Shown: one piece after another, positions 9,036 through 17,600 of the stretch
Numbering within the stretch: position 1 is the stretch's first letter
Layout of the letters: the number at the start of each line of letters is the position of its first letter
Source: Pyrodictiaceae archaeon
Lineage (GTDB): Archaea > Thermoproteota > Thermoprotei_A > Sulfolobales > Pyrodictiaceae
Reading direction: 5' to 3'
Length of the DNA stretch: 64,000 bases
Assembly: GCA_027036135.1 (NCBI GenBank)
Contig: JALVSY010000016.1
Coordinates: 224,001 to 288,000, forward strand
The notes under the pieces: generated by a model
Database searches by the model: none
What the model saw: the letters and a program-made list of their open reading frames with translations, nothing else
What the model was told of the DNA's origin: nothing
Translations under genes and position numbers: made by a program

Positions 9036-10454
9036 ATGCACGTAAAGATTATTGCCTCCCTTGGTCCCTCAACGCGCGAGGAGAGCATTATTGAGAGATT
9101 AATTCTATTGGGCGCGACTGGTTTCCGAATAAACTTTGCCCACGGTGACCCTAGTTTCTGGGAAGAGCTTATCAAGGCTGTTAGAGGAGCCGAGGAGAAG
9201 CTGGGACGACCCGTAGCTATTATGGGCGACCTTGTCGGCCCAAGTATCCGTCTAGGCATCCTAGAAGAGCCGGTTACGTTGAACCCAGGCGATAAGGCTA
9301 GTATTGTCCTAGCTGAGCACGCGAAGGGCAGGAAGGAAGCTGTTATTCCTCTTCCTCTCGAGAGGTTCTTTGCAGAGATAGAAGAAGGTGACATTATTAT
9401 TATGGACGATGGTCGTGTTCGTCTCCGTGTCATAGAGGTTGCAGGCGACCAGGTAATTGTTGAGGCACTTACTCCTGCACGGATAACTTCTCGTAAAGCG
9501 ATAGTTGTCCAGGGCAAGGAGTTCAGCTTGCCAGCTATAACGGAGAGGGATCTTGAAGCAATAGACTTCGCGGTACGAAATGACTTCGACTACATATCGC
9601 TAAGCTATGTGCGCGATGCCGAGGATCTCCGCGTTCTCCGGAAAATCGTGCACGATAAGGGCGGTGAACAAGCAATAGCTGCTAAGATCGAGACCCGGAG
9701 CGCTGTCGAGAACCTTGAGCAAATAGTTGAGGAAGCCGACCTAGTTGTTGTCGCGCGGGGCGACCTGGGCATGAACTATGGCTTAGAGGAGGTCCCGCTG
9801 CTACAAGAAAGGATAATAGATGAGGCAAGGAGGCGGGGAAGGCCCGTTGTTGTTGCTACCCAGGTCCTGGAAAGCATGGTTAATTCCCCTACCCCTACGA
9901 GGGCAGAGGTAACTGATGTCTATGTCGCGGTAAGCCAGGGTGTTGATGCAATAATGCTTACAGGTGAGACCGCTATTGGGCGTTACCCTGTTGAGACCAT
10001 TAAGTGGCTGAGGAAGATACTGAGACGCGCTGAGGAGAACATTGCTGTAAACCGGTACCCGCCTCAGGAGACCAGGTGGGCATATGCCAATAGCATTGTT
10101 GAGACAGCTGAGGCTATTGGCGCTGATGCCATATTAGTGTTCTCCATGGGCGGCTCTCTCCCACCAAAGATAGCGGCGTCGAGGCCATATGTACGCACCG
10201 TTATAGGTACTCCCAGTAAGCGTATAGCTAGGAAACTGTCTATACTATGGCGCCTAGACGTGCTCCTAGTCAATGCCGGGAGCTACGAGGAGGGACTTGC
10301 TAGGCTCGAGGAGGAGCTGTGCAGGAAAGGCGAATTATCTATAGGCGACACGGTTATCGAGGCTTATCGCTCCAATAACGAGAACAGAGTAATAATAAAA
10401 CAAATACTTAGCTGCCAGAGCGGAGTCAAGTCATCCCCCAGCACTCCTAGCTAA
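9036..10454 (+). CDS. pyk: Pyruvate kinase
   Basis: KIIASLGP, RINFAHG, AKIET, VARGDLG, ATQVLESM, PTRAE, MLTGETA. Confidence 0.97.
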   Translation: MHVKIIASLGPSTREESIIERLILLGATGFRINFAHGDPSFWEELIKAVRGAEEKLGRPVAIMGDLVGPSIRLGILEEPVTLNPGDKASIVLAEHAKGRKEAVIPLPLERFFAEIEEGDIIIMDDGRVRLRVIEVAGDQVIVEALTPARITSRKAIVVQGKEFSLPAITERDLEAIDFAVRNDFDYISLSYVRDAEDLRVLRKIVHDKGGEQAIAAKIETRSAVENLEQIVEEADLVVVARGDLGMNYGLEEVPLLQERIIDEARRRGRPVVVATQVLESMVNSPTPTRAEVTDVYVAVSQGVDAIMLTGETAIGRYPVETIKWLRKILRRAEENIAVNRYPPQETRWAYANSIVETAEAIGADAILVFSMGGSLPPKIAASRPYVRTVIGTPSKRIARKLSILWRLDVLLVNAGSYEEGLARLEEELCRKGELSIGDTVIEAYRSNNENRVIIKQILSCQSGVKSSPSTPS

Positions 10455-10455
10455 C

Positions 10456-11277
10456 CTAGACACAACCCGTCATAGCGCCGTCGAGTACTAGTGTCGAGCC
10501 GTTCATGTACTCGCTTAGTGGAGACAAGAGGTAGGCTAGGAGAGCGCCTAACTCCTCTGGCTTAGCTACTCTTCTTAGAGGAGTCATTTCTATGACGAAT
10601 CTCCTCCATGCCTCCTCAAAGCTAATTCCATGCCTTTCTGCGATCCTGGCTATGCTCCTCCTGGCACCAGGGGTATCAAAGCTGCCCAGCAGCACCGTGT
10701 AGGCTCTTATACCATTACCTGCGTACCGTAGAGCTATGCTCTTGGATAACTGTACTAATCCTGCCCGAGCGGTATCAGCTAAAGCGAAGACAGGCATAGG
10801 GTGCTTCACGGAGACCGATGAAAGGAAGACCATTACACCGCTACGCTTCTCCGCCAAGAGCTTCCTTATGTAGAGTGATGCTATGTAGCCAGGTGCTACT
10901 AGGTGGTGTTTAGCCGCCTCAACCCAGTCATCGTAACTTGCCTCGTGTATGTAACACGGCTCGCACGAGATGTTGCCTATGTTGAATATTATTGCGTCTA
11001 GCCCGCCTAGTCTGCGCCATGCCTCGCTAAGCACATTCTCTATTCCATCCCTTAGCGTTATATCAGCTCTGATGGTAATAGGGCTTTGACCCGTGGAGCT
11101 GCGTATCTCGTTCGCTGCCCTAGCTAGATTCTCTTGGCTCCTAGACACGATTGCTACTCTTGCACCAAGCCTTGCTAGTTCACGTGCAGTGAAGAAACCT
11201 ATCCCCTTCGTGGAGGCTGTCACCAGCACCCTCTTACCGCTAACCAGCTTGCTGAGAGCAGTGTACTGCTCGCTCAA
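10456..11277 (-). CDS. Short-chain dehydrogenase/reductase
   Basis: VTASTKGIG Rossmann motif, FDTPG, TPLRR, DGA C-terminal motif. Confidence 0.9.
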   Translation of the reverse strand: MSEQYTALSKLVSGKRVLVTASTKGIGFFTARELARLGARVAIVSRSQENLARAANEIRSSTGQSPITIRADITLRDGIENVLSEAWRRLGGLDAIIFNIGNISCEPCYIHEASYDDWVEAAKHHLVAPGYIASLYIRKLLAEKRSGVMVFLSSVSVKHPMPVFALADTARAGLVQLSKSIALRYAGNGIRAYTVLLGSFDTPGARRSIARIAERHGISFEEAWRRFVIEMTPLRRVAKPEELGALLAYLLSPLSEYMNGSTLVLDGAMTGCV

Positions 11278-11301
11278 GGCCTTATAGCCTTGGAGTAATT
11301 A

Positions 11302-11973
11302 CTATGTTAAAGCCCCTTCTAGTATCTTTATGCAATCCGGAGGCACATACTCTACGAGATAGACTGATTTACCAGCCTTAGAGACCCGGTAACCCTTGCG
11401 ATAAAGACACCTAGTATCAATAAGGAGAACCACAATATTCCTGCCATGCCTCTTCGCAGTATCTATTGCGTCCTCAATGCTGTTGGTTAGGTGAACCGCT
11501 ATCCTCTTCATGGGCCTAAGTCCTTCTCTCAGTATACTCGGAACTCGCTGAGCAATAGTCCCGTGGTATAATACTGGAGGTACCTCGTCTAAGGATAATT
11601 CCCGGTGCCCAAGCCTAATAGACACGCTATGACCATAGCTAGCTCTTATGAAGCGACCATTGTCTCGGAGCTGGAAACGCCCCTTGGGATCAAGAAGTGC
11701 AACAGCCACTATGTGCTCGGGGGTAACCCATTGGTATTGCTCACGGTTACGCCATCTCTCCCTAATAGCCCTTGCTAGCTCATGGACACTAACCCAGCCC
11801 TCCTCGTCCAGTTGCAGTCCCGCCTCCCAGGGTATATGCCTTAGCAGTGCGCTCATTAGCTTGCTTAAGCGGAGCCTTTGCTGAGGCGTAAGCAAGAGCT
11901 GGGCTGGTTTCCCGCAGTGAATAGGCTCCTCCGTGTAGGCGCCGCATACCCTGCACTTGTAGATCGGCCTCAA
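11302..11973 (-). CDS. kptA: RNA 2'-phosphotransferase (Tpt1/KptA)
   Basis: LSKLMSALLRH, DPKGRFQ, IRASYGHS, LYHGT, GLRPMKR..VHL. Confidence 0.95.
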   Translation of the reverse strand: MRPIYKCRVCGAYTEEPIHCGKPAQLLLTPQQRLRLSKLMSALLRHIPWEAGLQLDEEGWVSVHELARAIRERWRNREQYQWVTPEHIVAVALLDPKGRFQLRDNGRFIRASYGHSVSIRLGHRELSLDEVPPVLYHGTIAQRVPSILREGLRPMKRIAVHLTNSIEDAIDTAKRHGRNIVVLLIDTRCLYRKGYRVSKAGKSVYLVEYVPPDCIKILEGALT

Positions 11974-11978
11974 GCTCT

Positions 11979-13238
11979 CTAGGCCTCTCTCCTTTCTCCT
12001 TCATTCTTCTCGTCCCTAACTATCCTAGTCGCCTCCTCAGCAAGCGCTACAGCCCTCTCATACGCCTCTAGAACAGTCTTGGCTATGACACTAACGGCCT
12101 CCTCCGGCGAGACACTTGGCACCTCTGGTAAATCCTCTACCCATAAGCTCCGATACATCTCCTCAACGCTTTTACCACTAAGCTCCTCTAGTCGCTGACG
12201 CTCAAGCATCGTCTTTGCTAGGTACATTTTCTTGGCTAGGATGGGATGGAACCGCCATAAGTGCTGCTCTCTGTAGTCCTCCCACGGTATTCCCTCCTGC
12301 TCATAGCGCCTCTTATAGCTAACACGTATAGCATCCTCTATTAGACCCGGATCCTCCACGAGGCTAAAGACGTGCTCCCCTAGCTCATGTAGCGACTTGT
12401 ACGGGCAGAACGTGCAAGCTACACGCGGCAAACCATCTAGGTAATCAGGATGAACAACCGCGTTCTCACGCACGACCTTTACAACGTCAAGGAGTGTCCA
12501 CACGTATATCGGTCTAAACCTACCACCACTATAGAGGCGCGGCATACGTGGCGACATGTGATAAAGCCTGTAGAATCTCTTAAATGCCTCCGTCATGCGA
12601 TCGCCGTCAGCTACTACATGGGGTCTTCTACGCTTCTTTAGCCGCTTTATTGGGCGAAGCTTCATGTACGTGCACCATCGCCTCCCGCGGAACGGCAATC
12701 CTTCCTCAAGCAGCCTCTTGCGCATAAGGCTTCTATCAGCCTCCACGACCTCTAGCTCCGCGCCTATACGCTCAGCTGCTTTTACCGCGAAGTCTATGTT
12801 TCGTTCAGCCTCGAGAAAAGATACATGACTATAAACAGCATAGACATTCATATCCTTAATAATCTTTGAGAGTTCCACAACTGTTTTCAGCACTGATGCG
12901 CTATCCTTTCCCCCGCTAAAATTAACCATAATAGTTTTGCCTTGGAGCTCCTCGCCGTAACTACGTGCTACCCACTCCACGTAGCTACTCAGATCACGGA
13001 CAACGTAGACAAGGGGCCATGGAATATCCTCCACGAGGCGTGCATACTCTATCCTAATACTACCTATCTCCAAGACGCCGCCTCTAACGAAGCCGCTAAC
13101 GAGTAGGGCGCGATCAGGGCTAATCCACATGTAGGAGCCAAGCAGTCTACCATCGTTGCTAAATACTAGTGTAAAGTCAGCCGAAGATAACACGTATCCC
13201 GTTACATCACCGGAGCGAAGCACCGGGTACCGCTCCAT
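11979..13238 (-). CDS. PAPS-reductase-family (PP-loop, Fe-S) protein
   Basis: FSGGKDS, RWCT..KLRP, PIYVWT, RVACTFCP. Confidence 0.85.
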   Translation of the reverse strand: MERYPVLRSGDVTGYVLSSADFTLVFSNDGRLLGSYMWISPDRALLVSGFVRGGVLEIGSIRIEYARLVEDIPWPLVYVVRDLSSYVEWVARSYGEELQGKTIMVNFSGGKDSASVLKTVVELSKIIKDMNVYAVYSHVSFLEAERNIDFAVKAAERIGAELEVVEADRSLMRKRLLEEGLPFRGRRWCTYMKLRPIKRLKKRRRPHVVADGDRMTEAFKRFYRLYHMSPRMPRLYSGGRFRPIYVWTLLDVVKVVRENAVVHPDYLDGLPRVACTFCPYKSLHELGEHVFSLVEDPGLIEDAIRVSYKRRYEQEGIPWEDYREQHLWRFHPILAKKMYLAKTMLERQRLEELSGKSVEEMYRSLWVEDLPEVPSVSPEEAVSVIAKTVLEAYERAVALAEEATRIVRDEKNEGERREA

Positions 13239-13331
13239 TCAGCCACCCATGGGAAAACTAGGAAGAAGCATATCCCCCTTTAGAAGGCTCCCATTGTTAA
13301 AAATACTGTTCGGCAGGAATGCTTCAATGAT

Positions 13332-14348
13332 CTAGAATGGTGAGTAGCCTTCGCGGAGCCATTTAGCCACATCGAGAGCATGATAGGTTATTATTATGTC
13401 TGCTCCGGCTCTTTTTATAGCGGTCAGTATCTCGAACGTGACCAGTTTCTCGTCTATCCAGCCCTTCTCTGCAGCTGCTTTGACCATTGAGTATTCGCCG
13501 CTAACGTTGTATGCTGCTAGCGGGTAGTGCGGATAATTCTCTTTCACAAGCCTGATCACGTCCAGGTAGGCTAGTGCTGGCTTAACCATCAGTATGTCAG
13601 CACCCTCTTCTATGTCGAGGAAGGCCTCCTTAATGGCCTCGTAGGCATTGCGTGGATCCATTTGATAGCTACGCCTATCCCCGAAACGCGGCGCTGAGTC
13701 AGCAGCCTCTCGGAAGGGGCCATAGAATCCACTAGCGTATTTCACAGCATAGCTCATAATGCCTACCTCCGTGTAGCCCTCGTCGTCGAGTGCCTCCCTT
13801 ATTGCGCCAACCATTCCATCCATCATCCCGGAGGGGGCGACGAAGTCCGCACCAGCCTCCGCGTGAACTACAGCCATCCGGGAGATAACGTCGAGTGTCG
13901 AGTCATTGTCTATTAGGCTGCGCCCATGCTTCTCAACGGGTATACCACAGTGCCCATGGCTTGTATATCCACATATGCATACATCCGTGAAGATTACGGG
14001 TTCTTCGCCAAACTCTTTCCTTATAAGCCGAATCGCTTGGGGAACTGGACCGTTGGGGTCATAGGCTGCTGAGCCTAGGTGATCCTTTTTCTCGGGCAGC
14101 GGTATACCGAATAGTAGGAATACTTTAACACCATTCTCGAGAGCCTCTCCCACGACTTTGACAACGTCGCTTACTGGGTAGCGGTAGTAACCAGGCATGG
14201 CCTCTATGGGCTCCGGTTTATCCAAGCCCTCTTTGACGAATATGGGCATAATTAGGTCATCGATGCTTAGCTTCGTCTCGGCCACTAGGTCGCGTATTCC
14301 CTTTGTTAGGCGGAGCCTACGTGGCCTTGTTTGAGGAAAAAGAGGCAT
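13332..14348 (-). CDS. hemB: Porphobilinogen synthase
   Basis: RPRRLR, DVCICGYTSHGHCG, APSGMMDG, MVKPA, AYNVSGEY. Confidence 0.98.
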   Translation of the reverse strand: MPLFPQTRPRRLRLTKGIRDLVAETKLSIDDLIMPIFVKEGLDKPEPIEAMPGYYRYPVSDVVKVVGEALENGVKVFLLFGIPLPEKKDHLGSAAYDPNGPVPQAIRLIRKEFGEEPVIFTDVCICGYTSHGHCGIPVEKHGRSLIDNDSTLDVISRMAVVHAEAGADFVAPSGMMDGMVGAIREALDDEGYTEVGIMSYAVKYASGFYGPFREAADSAPRFGDRRSYQMDPRNAYEAIKEAFLDIEEGADILMVKPALAYLDVIRLVKENYPHYPLAAYNVSGEYSMVKAAAEKGWIDEKLVTFEILTAIKRAGADIIITYHALDVAKWLREGYSPF

Positions 14349-14454
14349 GCCTTATCCCACCCTCTCCTGCCAATAAGAGATGCTAAGCTTCCTGCAAATT
14401 AATTCGCTACCCTCTGTGCTCCTAAGGATCTGGTGACACACCATACCTCGGCAC

Positions 14455-15051
14455 GTGCTAGTGGTATTCCATAGACCTGGTAACCCCTCTGAGGCATCAA
14501 AGCTGCTAGCAGAGCTAAGAAGGCTTGTAGAGAGCCATTGCGAGTGCTCATTAATTTTGAAGCAATTAGACGAGGTTACTGTGGATGATTGCAGGGATAC
14601 GCACGAACACATACTCTTGTTACCTACAAGAGGCGGACACTGGCTAGAACTTATAGAGAGAGACTGCAAGCCAGAAATACTGCCCCCGTACCTACTCGCG
14701 CTTAGCATCACAAGGCAACTAGCAAGAATCAATGCTAAGAAGCCCCTACTAGTAGCGCTAAGAGCCAGGAGAGCAAAACAGCTCCAGGACAGGGATCTGC
14801 AAGTACTGACTAGGATAATGAGGCTGCACGGATACAACCCCGAAATAACAATGCTACAAAAAACAACAGATACTATACCTACTATACCAGATGCAGAAGC
14901 TGACTCCGTAGTTCCCCTCGCAATCCTTCCCGGCAAACTAGTAGATAACGCGGCCAACTACGCAAAGCAGAAAACAATACCAAGCCTAGGCCCAATACTG
15001 AGCTACGCCACCATAGACATAGCCTCGTGGATAACTAGTATAGCAGAGTAG
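14455..15051 (+). CDS. Hypothetical protein, possibly a degenerate CbiX/SirB chelatase fold
   Basis: LVVFH, LLP..GGH and VVPLAILPG resemble CbiX repeats; divergent from hemB. Confidence 0.4.
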   Translation: MLVVFHRPGNPSEASKLLAELRRLVESHCECSLILKQLDEVTVDDCRDTHEHILLLPTRGGHWLELIERDCKPEILPPYLLALSITRQLARINAKKPLLVALRARRAKQLQDRDLQVLTRIMRLHGYNPEITMLQKTTDTIPTIPDAEADSVVPLAILPGKLVDNAANYAKQKTIPSLGPILSYATIDIASWITSIAE

Positions 15052-15128
15052 CCAAAACCATAAACCCCCTTACACACTTAAGAGAAACCACAAGGAGGAA
15101 CCTAGGAGGCACCAAGGCGCCGCCGAAG

Positions 15129-15453
15129 AGGGCTCCGCGCGGGTAGGGCCGGGGGCTCGCCCTCCCCCACGCCCGAAGCTGGGCGCAACGCGGGGGCCAG
15201 TAACCCGTGTTGGCGGTGTTGGCTCCCACAGCGGCCCTGGCTGACCAATGACCCCCGTCCCGCGGGGCCGGCGGCGGCGGAGCCCCCTCCGGAGGGAGGG
15301 AGGCTACCGCCCTTACCGGGGGAACCAGGCCAGGCCCGGAAGGGAGCAACCTAACCCCGGACGCCCGGCGTTCGCGGGGAAGCGGGGTGAGGCAACAGCC
15401 AGGATAACCGCTGTGGGAGCCAACACCGCCAACACGGGGGCCGCGCGGGCCCT
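15129..15453 (+). ncRNA. ffs: Signal recognition particle (7S) RNA
   Basis: GC-rich, ~325 nt; helix 8 motif CCAGGCCCGGAAGGGAGCAACC; helix 6 CCCTCC-GGAG-GGAGGG; terminal helix pairing; long helix 5. Confidence 0.95.
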
Positions 15454-15504
15454 CGGTATAGGCGCGGTTCTCCTAATTACCCCCTTGCTGCTAGTTATCC
15501 GTAA

Positions 15505-15593
15505 GTGGCCCGGGTATCGCCCGGTGACGGCGCCGCGTAACGGCGCTGGGATGATGCCGGGTATCCGTTCCAGGCCCCTCTTAGCGGGGCACA
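15505..15593 (+). ncRNA. H/ACA-like pseudouridylation guide sRNA candidate
   Basis: Hairpin with a K-turn-like TGA/GATGA element; pocket strands CCCGGGTATC and ATCCG match 16S CGGAU-UA-GAUACCCGGG; ACA at 15591-15593. Confidence 0.65.
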
Positions 15594-15666
15594 TTTCTTT
15601 CTCGTAGTTGTCTTGTTTTGGCGAGAAGAGGGTAGTGGCGGAGATAATCTGTTCCCTATGCACGTG

Positions 15667-16146
15667 TTAATCTGTTATCGCTATGTATTCTGGTAGCCAG
15701 GTTAGGAGCTCCTCTATTACCTGGTCTGGGTCTGTTATTTCCTCTACCTCTCCTTCTTCGGCCGATATTATTCCTTGGAGTGCATGAACTATTGCTGATA
15801 GTATGGGTGTATAGGACTCTCTTGTTAGCCTGGAGAGCTTGTCTGCCACACTGGCTATTTTGTCCCAGGCATTCTCGCCCTCAATTGCTATGCAGAAGTC
15901 GTCTGGCTCCTCGAGGCCAAAGTGACATACAAGGTATAGTTTATCGCTGATCCTTACTGCTACTATCCGTGAGCCCCGGTACTCCTCGGCTGCGACCACC
16001 TTGTCACTCATCCCTTTCTCTATTATCTCGCGTAAGGGAAGTCGCTGAGTTGGTGGACCGTTTATGCTTCCCCTTAGCCTTAGTCCCCTGAGGGGCTCAA
16101 GCGCCTCGTAGACGTCGTTGTACTTGACTGTTACCTGCATGCTCAC
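15667..16146 (-). CDS. Hypothetical protein, acidic
   Basis: Clean ORF with GAGGAG RBS and an upstream TTAAATA box; no recognised motif. Confidence 0.7.
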   Translation of the reverse strand: MSMQVTVKYNDVYEALEPLRGLRLRGSINGPPTQRLPLREIIEKGMSDKVVAAEEYRGSRIVAVRISDKLYLVCHFGLEEPDDFCIAIEGENAWDKIASVADKLSRLTRESYTPILSAIVHALQGIISAEEGEVEEITDPDQVIEELLTWLPEYIAITD

Positions 16147-16222
16147 GGCTTCTTCTCCTCAACTCCGTTGTCTCCGGGTATCCTAGGCCTGGGTAGCGGA
16201 GTATTTAAGCAGGGCCTTGGCC

Positions 16223-17521
16223 TCATAGCTTTACTAGCTTGGCTATGAAGAAGCCCTGGGTGCGGTGAACATGGGGTAGCATTCTCTGGGTCTTCGGCAG
16301 GGCCTTTGGCCTCTCCCCTATTACTGGCTCGGGCTCTGAGAGCTCAGCCTCCATGAGTTCTCGGATTACTCGCCTTATTACCCAGATAGTCTCACTATAC
16401 GTGAGAGTACAGACGCTATAGACTATGGTTGCTCCTCTCGGAGCTGCCTCGAGGATTGACCGGAGCATCCGGTACTGGAGTCTTCGGAAGAACTTGATAT
16501 CTCCGCGGCTTAGCCACATCTTTACCTCGGGCTCATACTGTAGCCTACCGATGTCGCTGCAAGGGGGATCAATTATCGCTGTACCGATGCGCGAGATGTA
16601 AGGGCTACGTGCATCCCCCACGACAAGGTCTACGAGGTGTCCTAGTCTTAGCCTCCTGAGGGTATGTCTTGCCTCATTGAGTCTCTTAGCCTTTACATCG
16701 CCTGCTACCACATATCTAGCCCCTAGCCATGCTAGGTGGGTGGCCTTTATCGCTGCACCCGCCGTAGGGTCAATACCTACTCGGCCCTGGGGCTTTGCTA
16801 CATACCCTACAAGGGCTGATGCCTTGTCCTGTAAGACGAAGAGACCCTCTTGGTACTCTCGCGTATGTGGGGCCTTAGAGGCACCCTTAACTATCATCGC
16901 GACATCATACAAGTCTTTGTCGGGCTCAATTACTACGCCGTATCTTGCTAGTCTCGTAGCTAGACTAGCTACACTTATCCATGGGCTTACTCGGAGCCAT
17001 CGCGTCGGATCCCTATTAAGGCTCTGGAGGAGCTGGGCAACGTTCTCTATGCCAGCGCTTAGTAGCTCCTCTATTATCCACCGAGGAAAACTGTAGAGTA
17101 CACTAAGCCTGTCAACGCCCCCTAGCCCCTTCACGAATTCTCTCGGATTAGCGCCACGAAGCTCTAGTAATTTATCAGTATCGATGCCTATCTTTGGTGC
17201 AAGTTTCCGAGCCCTACTAGGCTTTAGTTTCCCGCTCAGCGCCTCAAAGACCAGTACTCTCGCGGTCATCCACTTAACTGAGTGGCTTGGCGGCCCATAG
17301 CCCAGGCTTGTAAGCACGTGATCGAGCAATATGTAGTTACGGGCAACTCCCAGGCTTAGTACACGAACTATAGGCTTCATGTATCCTAGCTCGGGGTTTC
17401 TCGAGAAGAATCGTATCGCTACATCGCGTAATGATGTGCGTAGCCGTACCGAGTCCGCTAATATTATTGCTGCTACTTCCTCCGGCAGCATGCTGCGTGA
17501 CCCTCTTCCCTCTTGTTTCAT
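16223..17521 (-). CDS. RsmB/NOP2/NSUN RNA m5C methyltransferase (start may be 17491)
   Basis: LQDKAS, DPPCS, IVYSVCT, GFFIAKL. Confidence 0.92.
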   Translation of the reverse strand: MKQEGRGSRSMLPEEVAAIILADSVRLRTSLRDVAIRFFSRNPELGYMKPIVRVLSLGVARNYILLDHVLTSLGYGPPSHSVKWMTARVLVFEALSGKLKPSRARKLAPKIGIDTDKLLELRGANPREFVKGLGGVDRLSVLYSFPRWIIEELLSAGIENVAQLLQSLNRDPTRWLRVSPWISVASLATRLARYGVVIEPDKDLYDVAMIVKGASKAPHTREYQEGLFVLQDKASALVGYVAKPQGRVGIDPTAGAAIKATHLAWLGARYVVAGDVKAKRLNEARHTLRRLRLGHLVDLVVGDARSPYISRIGTAIIDPPCSDIGRLQYEPEVKMWLSRGDIKFFRRLQYRMLRSILEAAPRGATIVYSVCTLTYSETIWVIRRVIRELMEAELSEPEPVIGERPKALPKTQRMLPHVHRTQGFFIAKLVKL

Positions 17522-17600
17522 GGAGGGCTATCTACATGGCTAGCAATATAGTTTTACAAGAGAGGTTGCACCAGTACTTAGCTGAGCACTAGCTGGGGGA

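Noticed and set aside
15035-15663. Three ORFs sharing AVGANTANTG
   Set aside because: They are artefacts of the GC-rich SRP RNA and its perfect helix 5 inverted repeat
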